NCBI GenBank assembly: GCA_950097015.1
Contig: CATNEN010000007.1
Coordinates: forward strand, 8,184,001-8,248,000
Origin: Macrostomum hystrix
Lineage: Eukaryota > Animalia > Platyhelminthes
Direction of reading: 5' to 3'
DNA: 64,000 nt
A model generated the notes under the pieces. That model saw only the letters and a program-made list of their open reading frames with translations, ran no database searches and had not been told where the DNA came from. Position numbers and translations under genes: made by a program. Positions 30,936-42,600 of the stretch are shown here, one piece after another. Each line of letters opens with the position of its first letter. Position 1 is the first letter of the stretch.

Positions 30936-31789
30936 AGGAGGTTATGCAGGGACAACTTATTTTGCACAGAGTGAAATTGTTGGTCAGAGATTGAGTTTGG
31001 TATTCGCTTCAGGTCCTTAAAAAGTAAGGAGAATAAAGGTAAGATGGTGGCGGATTGGACTCACTGGAGAATGGAGATTTGAGTTGTGGAGCTCTTTCTA
31101 TTAGACTATGAAATTGAGAAGACCCGTGCAAGAGGCAGACCTGTTAAAAAAGAATAAAGGCCTAATCATTTTTAGGTATGAAAATTGATAATTTCAAGGA
31201 CTGTACAGTTATTGCAAACTTTCATTTTTTATAATGGTTAGTCGAATGAATGAGAATATTTAGAATTGTTTTCCAAAACTGATACCGTTCATATTTTGCC
31301 CTGAGGTGAAGTTATGCAACAGCGCAAGGGTTTTTTATTGAACTGCAACACCAATGGATGCGCGTGGTAAACAATGGCAAAGTGAAAGTTTTAGTCGGGC
31401 CAGTGTGTCGAGTTTTCAATTGAGAAAAGAAATGACGGACAGCTGTCTGGCCCACCCTAGCGCCTTTCGCACCTCCATCGCCTTTGCCACGGTCACAATT
31501 GTTTATTGATTGCATCCTGTTGTTTTCACTCTCTTACCTATGTGTGAAAACGCTTAATACCCAAAAACTTGCCAATCAATCATTTTGAGATCCATGTCTT
31601 CGTATTGGACTGGCTTTAGCATTTTCACAATTTCCTGTTTTTTCACTGCGTGTGACATCACAAAAAAGTTTTGTGCATGATTCTATTGTTGATTTTCTGT
31701 TTGGAACATGCGAATTTCAAGGCAAAGCTGGTCTGTTTGGTCAGTTTGGTGTTTTGATTTTTTGTGCCTCAAGACTGCAAGGGACTGGA

Positions 31790-33122
31790 TTGTCACTCTC
31801 TCCCACTGTCACTCTCTCACACTGTCACTCTCTCCCACTGTCACTCTCTCCCACTGTCACTCTCTCACACTGTCACTCTCTCCCACTGTCACTCTCTCCC
31901 ACTGTCACTCTCTCACACTGTCACTATCTCACACTGTCACTATCTCACACTGTCACTCTCTCACATTGTCACTCTCTCACACTGTCACTCTCTCACATTG
32001 TCACTCTCTCACATTGTCACTCTCTCACATTGTCACTCTCTCACATTTTCACTCTCTTACATTTTCACTCTCTCACACTGTCACTCTCTCCCACTGTCAC
32101 TCTCTCACATTGTCACTCTCTCACATTGTCACTCTCTCACATTGTCACTCTCTCACATTTTCACTCTCTTGCATTTCAGTCTCTCACATTGTCACTCTCT
32201 CACACTGTCACTATCTCAAACTGTCACTCTCTCACACTGTCACTCTCTCCCACTGTCACTCTCTCACATTGTCACTCTCTCACATTGTCACTCTCTCACA
32301 TTGTCACTCTCTCCCACTGTCACTCTCTCACACTGTCACTCTCTCCCACTGTCACTCTCTCACACTGTCACTCTCTCACACTGTCACTATCTCACACTGT
32401 CACTATCTCACACTGTCACTCTCTCACATTGTCACTCTCTCACACTGTCACTCTCTCACATTGTCACTCTCTCACATTGTCACTCTCTCACATTGTCACT
32501 CTCTCACATTTTCACTCTCTTACATTTTCACTCTCTCACACTGTCACTCTCTCACACTGTCACTCTCTCACATTGTCACTCTCTCACATTGTCACTCTCT
32601 CACATTGTCACTCTCTCACATTGTCACTCTCTCACATTTTCACTCTCTTGCATTTCAGTCTCTCACATTGTCACTCTCTCACATTGTCACTCTCTCACAT
32701 TGTCACTCTCTCACATTGTCACTCTCTCACATTGTCACTCTCTCACATTTTCACTCTCTTGCATTTCAGTCTCTCACATTGTCACTCTCTCACACTGTCA
32801 CTATCTCAAACTGTCACTCTCTCACACTGTCACTCTCTCCCACTGTCACTCTCTCACATTGTCACTCTCTCACATTGTCACTCTCTCACATTGTCACTCT
32901 CTCCCACTGTCACTCTCTCACACTGTCACTATCTCACACTGTCACTCTCTCACACTGTCACTCTCTCCCACTGTCACTCTCTCACATTGTCACTCTCTCA
33001 CATTGTCACTCTCTCCCACTGTCACTCTCTCACATTGTCACTCTCTCACACTGTCACTCTCTCCCACTGTCACTCTCTCCCACTGTCACTCTCTCCCACT
33101 GTCACTCTCTCACAATGTCACA
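31790..33122 (+). repeat. 16-bp minisatellite TGTCACTCTCTC(A/C)CA(C/T)
   Basis: ~83 copies. Confidence 0.95.
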
Positions 33123-34523
33123 AAGTCTCGAATCGACTCGAACTCAGAACTCTCGGTATGGCAGATCGGAAGCGCTCACATCCCGGGTCAAGCTGGGTCA
33201 ACCCGCCGTGTCGCCGAGGTCAGCAATCGGGTCAGTTTATTTCTACTCGTATGTCGAACATTCAGAATCCAACTGGATCAACAGAATGCCAAAAAATGGA
33301 ATCAGTTCCCGGGATTTGGCCGTCCGCCAAGGTCAGGACAATGGGCAAAAAACGGCGCATTAAAAATAGATTTGTTGTTTTAAAAAACACAGAGAATGTT
33401 TTAGTAATGATTCCGTCAGCTGGATGAGAATAGGGTCCCACAGCTAGCAGTGTGCAGGAAAGCTCTTTGACTTTTTTCAACTCGCTGCGTAAATAGTGGC
33501 CAGGAGGCGGAGCGATCCCCGGATACGGGCACACTTTCTTCAACTAGAAAGATAATAGAAGCAGAGATTTTTTAGACTGCACTAGAAAAGACTCCTCAGT
33601 TTCACAATCACGGTAACGACCCCGCGTTGCGCAAGGGTCCGCTAGGCAGTTGGGGGGGGCCAATTAACTCACCATTAATGCGTTGGTTGTGCAAAAAACA
33701 TTCAACAAAAACAGAGCTTGAAAAAAGCCAGTGCTCGGTTGTTGCTAAGGCAGGCCATTTATCCCCAGATGGGGTGGGATTTAGGATCGCCTTGACGGGG
33801 AGATTTGTTTCACCCAATTTCGACTATTGTTGTCAATGTGGGTTTGGCCAGGTGCCAGTGCCTGCTTGACCTTTGGGATTTCATTTTTGTGGGATTATTT
33901 TTGTTCGATCGATGGACTCAATCATCCACGCCCCGATTCACTGAGCTGCTGCTCAGATCCCAAATCGCTTGTGAAAAATGAGTCTCCCACAAATCTCTGA
34001 CAATAATGATGATGTTCATGACGAAGAAAATGTTGATGTCCATTTTTTAATGGATGCAGAGCTCCCACCATGGATACGGACTGTGTGTGTGTGTGGTGAT
34101 CATTAGCCACAGCATAACGATAGGATCAATTATTTTTCCACGCTTCAGAGGTAGTCTTTGATGCCGAGGCTTAGCCACGCCTACTCAATCAAGTGATGGC
34201 TCACGACTCAATCAAAGGTATTCAGGAGACTTAGCCAGGCTCCTGTGTGTTTGCTAGTTTCTAAGAAAAGGCCTCAATATCTAAGAAAATGATTTCCAGC
34301 GAGGCGTGACAAACCGAGCCAGACCAGGCTTGCTTGGGAATCATGTCGAGAAGTCCTACAAATTGTGGCCCATTAAAACTCCCATATTTTGGGATTCGCT
34401 TTTGCTTTTGAGAGAGAATGAGTTTGCACGTGTCTTGCATTGGATGGGAACTTTTAATAGCTATAATTTCGATTCTGCGACGTGGTCTGACTATGACATA
34501 ATCATGGTGCCAAAGTAACCTCA

Positions 34524-36697
34524 GAGTGAAATAGTGTGGGAGTGAAGCAGTATGGGAGTGAAACAGTGTGGGAGTGAAATAGTGTGGGAGTGAAACAGTG
34601 TGGGAGTGAAATAGTGTGGGAGTGAAACAGTGTGGGAGTGAAATAGTGTGGGAGTGAAACAGTGTGGGAGTGAAACAGTGTGGGAGTGAAACAGTGTGGG
34701 AGTGAAATAGTGTGGGAGTGAAACAGTGTGGGAGTGAAACAGTGTGGGAGTGAAATAGTTGGGAGTGAAATAGTGTGGGAGTGAAACAGTGTGGGAGTGA
34801 AATAGTGTGGGAGTGAAACAGTGTGGGAGTGAAATAGTGTGGGAGTGAAACAGTGTGGGAGTGAAACAGTGTGGGAGTGAAACAGTGTGGGAGTGAAATA
34901 GTGTGGGAGTGAAATAGTGAGGGAGTGAAATAGTGTGGGAGTGAAATAGTGAGGGAGTGAAATAGTGAGGGAGTGAAATAGTTGGGAGTGAAACAGTTGG
35001 GAGTGAAATAGTTGGGAGTGAAACAGTATGGGAGTGAAATAGTGTGGGAGTGAAATAGTGTGGGAGTGAAATAGTGTGGGAGTGAAATAGTGTGGGAGTG
35101 AAACAGTGTGGGAGTGAAATAGTGAGGGAGTGAAATAGTTGGGAGTGAAACAGTTGGGAGTGAAATAGTTGGGAGTGAAACAGTATGGGAGTGAAATAGT
35201 GTGGGAGTGAAATAGTGTGGGAGTGAAATAGTGTGGGAGTGAAATAGTGAGGGAGTGAAATAGTTGGGAGTGAAACAGTGTGGGAGTGAAATAGTTGGGA
35301 GTGAAACAGTTGGGAGTGAAATAGTTGGGAGTGAAACAGTGTGGGAGTGAAATAGTTGGGAGTGAAACAGTTGGGAGTGAAATAGTGTGGGAGTGAAATA
35401 GTGAGGGAGTGAAATAGTTGGGAGTGAAACAGTTGGGAGTGAAATAGTGTGGGAGTGAAATAGTGAGGGAGTGAAATAGTGTGGGAGTGAAATAGTGAGG
35501 GAGTGAAATAGTGAGGGAGTGAAACAGTTGGGAGTGAAATAGTTGGGAGTGAAACAGTATGGGAGTGAAATAGTGTGGGAGTGAAATAGTGTGGGAGTGA
35601 AACAGTGTGGGAGTGAAATAGTGAGGGAGTGAAATAGTTGGGAGTGAAACAGTTGGGAGTGAAATAGTTGGGAGTGAAACAGTATGGGAGTGAAATAGTG
35701 TGGGAGTGAAATAGTGTGGGAGTGAAATAGTGTGGGAGTGAAATAGTGAGGGAGTGAAATAGTTGGGAGTGAAACAGTGTGGGAGTGAAATAGTTGGGAG
35801 TGAAACAGTATGGGAGTGAAATAGTTGGGAGTGAAACAGTGTGGGAGTGAAATAGTTGGGAGTGAAACAGTTGGGAGTGAAATAGTGTGGGAGTGAAATA
35901 GTGAGGGAGTGAAATAGTTGGGAGTGAAAAAGTTGGGAGTGAAATAGTGTGGGAGTGAAACAGTGTGGGAGTGAAACAGTGTGGGAGTGAAATAGTTGGG
36001 AGTGAAATAGTGTGGGAGTGAAACAGTGTGGGAGTGAAATAGTGTGGGAGTGAAACAGTGTGGGAGTGAAATAGTTGGGAGTGAAACAGTTGGGAGTGAA
36101 ACAGTATAGGAGTGAAATAGTGTGGGAGTGAAATAATGTGGGAGTGAATCAGTTGGGAGTGAAATAGTGAGGGAGTGAAATTGTGTGGGAGAGAAACAGT
36201 GTGGGAGTGAAATAGTGTGGGAGTGAAATTGTGTGGGAGTGAAACAGTTATGAGTGAAATAGTGTGGGAGTGAAATATTGTGGGAGTGAAATATTGTGGG
36301 AGTGAAATTGTGTGGGAGTGAAATAGTGTGGGAGTGAAATAGTGTGGGAGTGAAACAGTTGGGAGTGAAACAGTAGGGAGTGAAACAGTGTGGGAGTGAA
36401 ACAGTGTGGGAGTGAAATAGTGTGGGAGTGAAATAGTGTGGGAGTGAAATAGTGAGGGAGTGAATCAGTTGGGAGTGAAACAGTGTGGGAGTGAAATTGT
36501 GAGGGAGTGAATTAGTTGGGATGAAATAGTGAGGGAGTGAAATAGTTGGGAGTGAAATTGTGTGGGAGTGAAACAGTGTGGGAGTGAAACAGTTGGGAGT
36601 GAAATAGTTGGGAGTGAAATAGTGTGGGAGTGAAACAGTTGGGAGTGAAATAGTGTGGGAGTGAAACAGTGTGGGAGTGAAATAGTGTGGGAGTAAA
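34524..36697 (+). repeat. 16/15-bp minisatellite GGGAGTGAAA(T/C)AGTGT
   Basis: ~135 copies. Confidence 0.95.
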
Positions 36698-37033
36698 AAT
36701 ATTTCGGAGTGGGCAGTTAAATTTGACTGAAACGTTTCGAAAGTTTTTACCCTCTTAAAATGTTCGATTGAATACTTATGAAATAATGAGTGTTTATAAA
36801 TGTTACTTAATTTATTACACTCTTAATACACTACATATTGATATATTTCATTAAACTTTTCCGAAGCAATATTACGGCAGGTGTTATATCATTATTTAGT
36901 TTCATTCGATTCATTAAAATCGTTACTAGATATTAAAACAATATATATTTATATATCAGTAACAAAGCGTGTCAGATAAATGAGTAAAAGTATCGAGCGT
37001 CGCCACATATCGATGCAATTGTGTCTTTTACAA

Positions 37034-37301
37034 TCAGGTACTCAGTATTCAGGTACTCAGTATTCAGGTACTCAGTATTCAGGTACTCAGTATTCAGGTA
37101 CTCAGTATTCAGGTACTCAGTATTCAGGTACTCAGTATTCAGGTACTCAGTATTCAGGTACTCAGTATTCAGGTACTCAGTATTCAGGTACTCAGTATTC
37201 AGGTACTCAGTATTCAGGTACTCAGTATTCAGGTACTCAGTATTCAGGTACTCAGTATTCAGGTACTCAGTATTCAGGTACTCAGTATTCAGGTACTCAG
37301 T
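37034..37301 (-). repeat. Perfect 15-bp minisatellite (TCAGGTACTCAGTAT on +) starting ~15 nt after the PAN-exon stop
   Basis: ~18 identical copies. Confidence 0.97.
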
Positions 37302-37315
37302 TTTCAGCCGCAGCC

Positions 37316-37583
37316 TCATTGTCGCCTGAAGTACTCGAAGCTGTCATCAAGGCCGCTGAGGCTGGCAGGCAAGAATTCGAACCTGAGCAGGTGGCAGAGC
37401 CGCCGCCGGCCTGAGAAGAGCACAGCCTGGCAGTCGTCCAGTCTGGCCTCACAAAGAGCCGCGCACTCGAGTTTTGTGTGAGCTGAGCTGTTCCAGAATG
37501 TGAGCCGCGAGGACTGCACCGTCTGGGAGGGCACCGGTTGCTGCAGCATCGAGTTGCGCCCTGGAAGGTTCAGGCTTTCCACA
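37316..37583 (-). CDS. Terminal exon encoding a PAN/apple-like domain (upstream exons beyond the satellite)
   Basis: SAHTKLECAALCEARLDDCQAVLFSGRRRLCHLL has PAN-type C-x3-C...C...C spacing; GC-rich codon style like the other exons. Candidate acceptors are CTTCCAG (exon from 37560) or TTTCAG (exon from 37583). Confidence 0.65.
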
Positions 37584-39212
37584 CTGAAATCTAGTTACTT
37601 TCCACCCTGAAATCTAGTTACTTTCCACCCTGAAATCTAGTTACTTTCCACCCTGAAATCTAGTTACTTTCCACCCTGAAATCTAGTTACTTTCCACCCT
37701 GAAATCTAGTTACTTTCCACACTGAAATCTAGTTACTTTCCACCCTGAAATCTAGTTACTTTCCACCCTGAAATCTAGTTACTTTCCACCCTGAAATCTA
37801 GTTACTTTCCACACTGAAATCTAGCTACTTTCCACCCTGAAATCTAGTTACTTTCCACCCTGAAATCTAGTTACTTTCCACCCTGAAATCTAGTTACTTT
37901 CCACCCTGAAGTCTAGTTACTTTCCACACTGAAATCTAGTTACTTTCCACCCTGAAATCTAGTTACTTTCCACCCTGAAATCTAGCTTCTTTCCACCCTG
38001 AAATCGAGTTACTTTCCACCCTGAAATCTAGCTTCTTTCCACCCTGAAATTTAACCACTTTCCACCCTGAAATCTAGTCCCTTTCCACCCTGAAATCTTG
38101 CTACTTTCCACCCTGAAATCTAGTCCCTTTCCACCCTGAAATCTAGCTACTTTCCACCCTGAAATCTAGTTACTTTCCACCCTGAAATCTAGTTACTTTC
38201 CACCCTGAAATCTAGCTACTTTCCACCCTGAAATCTAGTTACTTTCCACCCTGAAATCTAGTCCCTTTCCACCCTGAAATCTAGTTACTTTCCACCCTGA
38301 AATCTAGTTACTTTCCACCCTGAAATCTAGCTACTTTCCACCCTGAAATCTAGTTACTTTCCTCCCTGAAATCTAGTCCCTTTCCACACTGAAATCTAGC
38401 TACTTTCCACCCTGAAATCTAGTTACTTTCCACCCTGAAATCTAGCTACTTTCCACCCTGAAATCTAGTTACTTTCCACCCTGAAATCTAGTTACTTTCC
38501 ACCCTGAAATCTAGCTTCTTTCCACCCTGAAATCTAGCTACTTTCCACCCTGAAATCTAGTTACTTTCCACCCTGAAATCTAGTTACTTTCCACCCTGAA
38601 ATCTAGTTACTTTCCACCCTGAAGTCTAGTTACTTTCCACACTGAAATCTAGTTACTTTCCACCCTGAAATCTAGTCCCTTTCCACCCTGAAATCTAGCT
38701 TCTTTCCACCCTGAAATCGAGTTACTTTCCACCCTGAAATCTAGCTTCTTTCCACCCTGAAATTTAACCACTTTCCACCCTGAAATCTAGTCCCTTTCCA
38801 CCCTGAAATCTTGCTACTTTCCACCCTGAAATCTAGTCCCTTTCCACCCTGAAATCTAGCTACTTTCCACCCTGAAATCTAGTCCCTTTCCACCCTGAAA
38901 TCTAGTTACTTTCCACCCTGAAATCTAGTTACTTTCCACCCTGAAATCTAGCTACTTTCCACCCTGAAATATAGTTACTTTCCTCCCTGAAATCTAGTCC
39001 CTTTCCACACTGAAATCTAGCTACTTTCCACCCTGAAATCTAGTTACTTTCCACCCTGAAATCTAGCTACTTTCCACCCTGAAATCTAGTTACTTTCCAC
39101 CCTGAAATCTAGTTACTTTCCACCCTGAAATCTAGCTTCTTTCCACCCTGAAATCTAGTTACTTTCTACCCTGAAATCTAGTTACTTTCCACCCTGAAAT
39201 CTAGCTTCTATC
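37575..39212 (+). repeat. 23-bp satellite CCACCCTGAAATCTAGTTACTTT, left segment
   Basis: ~71 monomers; internal 713-bp (31-monomer) duplication (variant gaaGtctag at 37911/38624). Confidence 0.97.
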
Positions 39213-39421
39213 TGTAGAGTCTTTGATTTGTGGTCGAAAATATGCTCAACTGAGCGCTGCCCCGCGGGCGACAATATATATTTAATGGATCGATAATTGG
39301 GGTGGGGGTACGACAGGTGAGAGTTGAAAGTGCTGAGTGCGCGCACAAGACGTAAGAGGTATTGATTGGCTGGAGCAAGCTGACGCAATGCGGGGCGAAG
39401 TACAAGTACGCAAGTCTTACA
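39213..39421 (-). repeat. 3' LTR (209 bp)
   Basis: Identical to 43738-43946; preceded on the - strand by PPT GGGAAGGA (39422-39429). Confidence 0.97.
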
Positions 39422-39645
39422 TCCTTCCCAAAATGAAATTAAAATAGGAGATTAACACGAGCAGGGTGGCCACAAAGACGAAATTAGAATAAGGTAAAAC
39501 AGGCGCTCCCACCCCCCAACAAGGAATAAAAGTGAGTATTAAATTGTTGACATGGCAAATGAATGACAAGTATTGTTAACGATGATGCGAAAGTAGTGAT
39601 TAGAACGGCATATTGAGTACCGTTCTTTTGAGTACCGCAAAAGAG

Positions 39646-42600
39646 TCACAGTCGACTGATTTTACACGCGCGCGGCAGTGGGCACCTCGAGACGTTCGGC
39701 GGCGATGCATGGCCTCCCGCCGTCCGTGGCTGCGCTAGGGGTGGCGCCGGTAGCAGCGCTGTAGGCGTCTCTGGTGGCGCTGCTGGCGCCGCTGCCGCTG
39801 GTGGCTCCATTGGTGGCGCTGACCCGCCTGGTGGCGGTGGCGTCGGTGGCTGGTCGATTGCGGGCAGGAGCTTGAGGTCCGTGATGTGACGCATGCAGGT
39901 CTGGCGCCCTCTGCTCAGCACCAGGGAGTCGCCCTTTACCTCGTCGATGGTCCAGGGCTCCGGCTCGAACGGTGTCTTTGTCTTGGCCGCTGGTCTCCGC
40001 CTGCGTAGCACCGAGTCGCCAGATCTAATGTCGTGGCTTGCGGCCCTTCGGCGGTCGTCGGCGTACCGGGCCATCCGCTGCTTGGCCTCGTTGTCGCGGG
40101 CCCTGATGGACGCCAGGTTGCGCGGCTGCTGGCGTCGCTGTTGCACGCTGGGGATGACGTCCTGGACCTGCCGCTGGAACATGAGCTCGGCTGGCGTCGA
40201 CCCCGTGCTCGAATGCGGGGTGTTGCGGTAGGCTTCTAGCCAGTCCTCCAGAGCCTCCCGCCAATCTGTTGACTCGATGTTGGCGATCCTGACGGTCTTG
40301 TTGATTGATCGGTTGACGCGTTCCGTGACGCCGTTCGCCGCCGGGTGGTACGGTGTGACGAGACGCTGCTGGATGCCGTTGCTGCCGAGGTAGTCGCGGA
40401 ACGCTTGCGAACTGAACGGCGGCCCGTTGTCGGACACGAGCTGGGTCGGCCTGCCGAACGTGGCGAAAAGTTTTCGCAGCTGCTTGGTGACGGCTTCAGC
40501 AGTCATGGACGACATGCTGATGACGATTGGGTACCGGGAGAAGTGGTCCACAATGACCAGCAGGTGCCGGTTTTGCACCGGTCCGGTGAAGTCGATGCCC
40601 AGAGTGTGCCAGGCATACGGCGGCAGCGGCGTGGCCTGCAGCGGAGCCGCCGGGACTGCCGCTCGATGGCTCGCTGCTTGGCACGGCAGATAGGTGTCGC
40701 ACATGCGCCGCGCTTCTCCAACCATGCCTGGCCACCAGACCTTCGCGGACAGTCTGGCCTGTGTCTTCTTGTCTCCCTGGTGTCCTTGGTGCGCTAGGCG
40801 CAGCACTGCCTGTCGTAGAGCCTCGGGGACGACAATCCGGTGTCCTCGTAGCAAGACCCCGTCGGTTGCGGACAGCTCCTGCTTCAGCGCATGCAGGGAC
40901 CGCAGCGTTGCGTCTCGAAGGTCCCAGTCGCCACCGCGGAGGGCCGCGATGGCTGCCCGCAGCGCTTCGTCTCTTGCCGTCGCCTCCTTGATCTGCTGCA
41001 GCGAGAGTCCCTTCGGGGTGGCGGCTTCGGCGATGCTGTTAATGAAGTTAGTGTCCCTGGACTCACCGACTGCAGCGACTGCTGAGGGCCCGCTTGGTTG
41101 CCGGCTCAGGACATCGCTGGGGTTGGACGGGCCTGGCCTGTATGTTGTCTCGAACACCAGGTCCTGGTTGCTCAGTGCCATTCTTTCGATCCTCGGAGGC
41201 GGCCGGGAATTTGGCTTGAAGAGGTGCACCAGCGGCTTGTGATCGGTGACGACTCGGAAGCCGGGTGAGCCGCTGAGGTAGTGGCGGAAGCGGAGGCAGC
41301 CGAATTTAACCGCGAGGGCCTCCCGCTCAGTCTGCGAGTAGCGCGCCTCTACGGCCGTCAGGGCGCGGCTGGCGTAGGCGATTGGTCTCAGGCTGCCGTC
41401 TGGTTGTTGCTGGCTAAGGATTGCCCCGAGGCCGGTCGGGCTGGCGTCCACGATCACTTCTGTCGGCTTCTGCTTGTCGAAGAACGCTAAAGTGCTGCTG
41501 GCAGCGATGGAGCTCTTGACGGCGTTGAAGGCAGCGTCTTCCGCCGCTCCCCAGGTCCAGGCGGCCTCCCTTCTGGTCAGGTTTCTGAGAGGCTTGGCAA
41601 TGTCTGCGAGTGCTGGGATAAAGCGGCTGACAAAGGCAACGAGGCCTAGGAATGATCTCACCTCGGACGCGTTCTTCGGTGCCCTAAACGACTGGACGGA
41701 GCTCACCTTGTCCTCAGTTGGCTGGATGCCCTTCTCAGAGAGGCGCATGGCGAGAAAAGTCGCCTCCCTGACCGCGAATCTGCACTTCGCCGGGTTGAGG
41801 GTGACGTTGTAGGACTCCAGCCGCTGCAGAGTTGCCGCCAGTTGCTGGTTGTGGTCCTTGATGTTTCTGGCGTAGATGATGATGTCATCGTGCACCCAGC
41901 GGACGCCGGACAGGCCGCCGAGCACGGTGGTCATGACCCTCTGCAGGATCTCCGACGCTGACGTGAAGCCCATGCACAGGCGCGTCAGTCGCATGAGGCC
42001 CTTTGGCGTGGAGAACGTCAGCAAGTGGCGCGATTCCTCCCGGACACGGATCTGATGGAAGGCCTTGTTGATGTCGAGCTCCGAGAAGTAGCGCGCACCT
42101 GCCATTTCGTCTGTGACCTCCTCGAATGTCGGGATGGGCTGCTTCTCGGGCACCACGAACTTGTTGACATCCCGCAGGTCCTGGGTGATGCGCACTTGGC
42201 CCGGCTGCGACTTCGGGACTACCACCATGCGGGCCACCCAGTCGGACGGTCCCTTCACTCGCTCGATGATGCCGGCCGCAAACTGTTCGTCCAGCTCGCG
42301 CTGCGCTGCCTCCCGCAGGTGCACCGGGACTCGGCTGGGTGGGTGGCAGACAGGCACGGCTTCTTCGCGTAGGTGGATGCTGACCTCGACGTCCTTGACA
42401 CAGCCGATGCCTTCGAAACGTTGGCGGTGTGCCCGGAGGATGTTGGCTAGGCGCTCCTGTTCTGGTAGCGTCCGGTCGTTCGCCTCGGCTGCTGCTGTCT
42501 CCAGGGCTGTGTTGAGAGACTTCGGCAGCTTGTTGGCTTCCGTCAGCTGGCAGACCGTCGGTTGGCTTGGCCCGATGCGCAGAATGCCGAGTCCCTCGCT

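Noticed and set aside
30368-31140. Minus-strand exon-like segments with good splice sites (e.g. 31066-31140)
   Set aside because: No convincing coding frame or partner exons; could be UTR exons but unsupported.
27468-33427. Long ORFs over the 22-, 12- and 16-bp arrays
   Set aside because: Repeat artefacts with no unique coding context.
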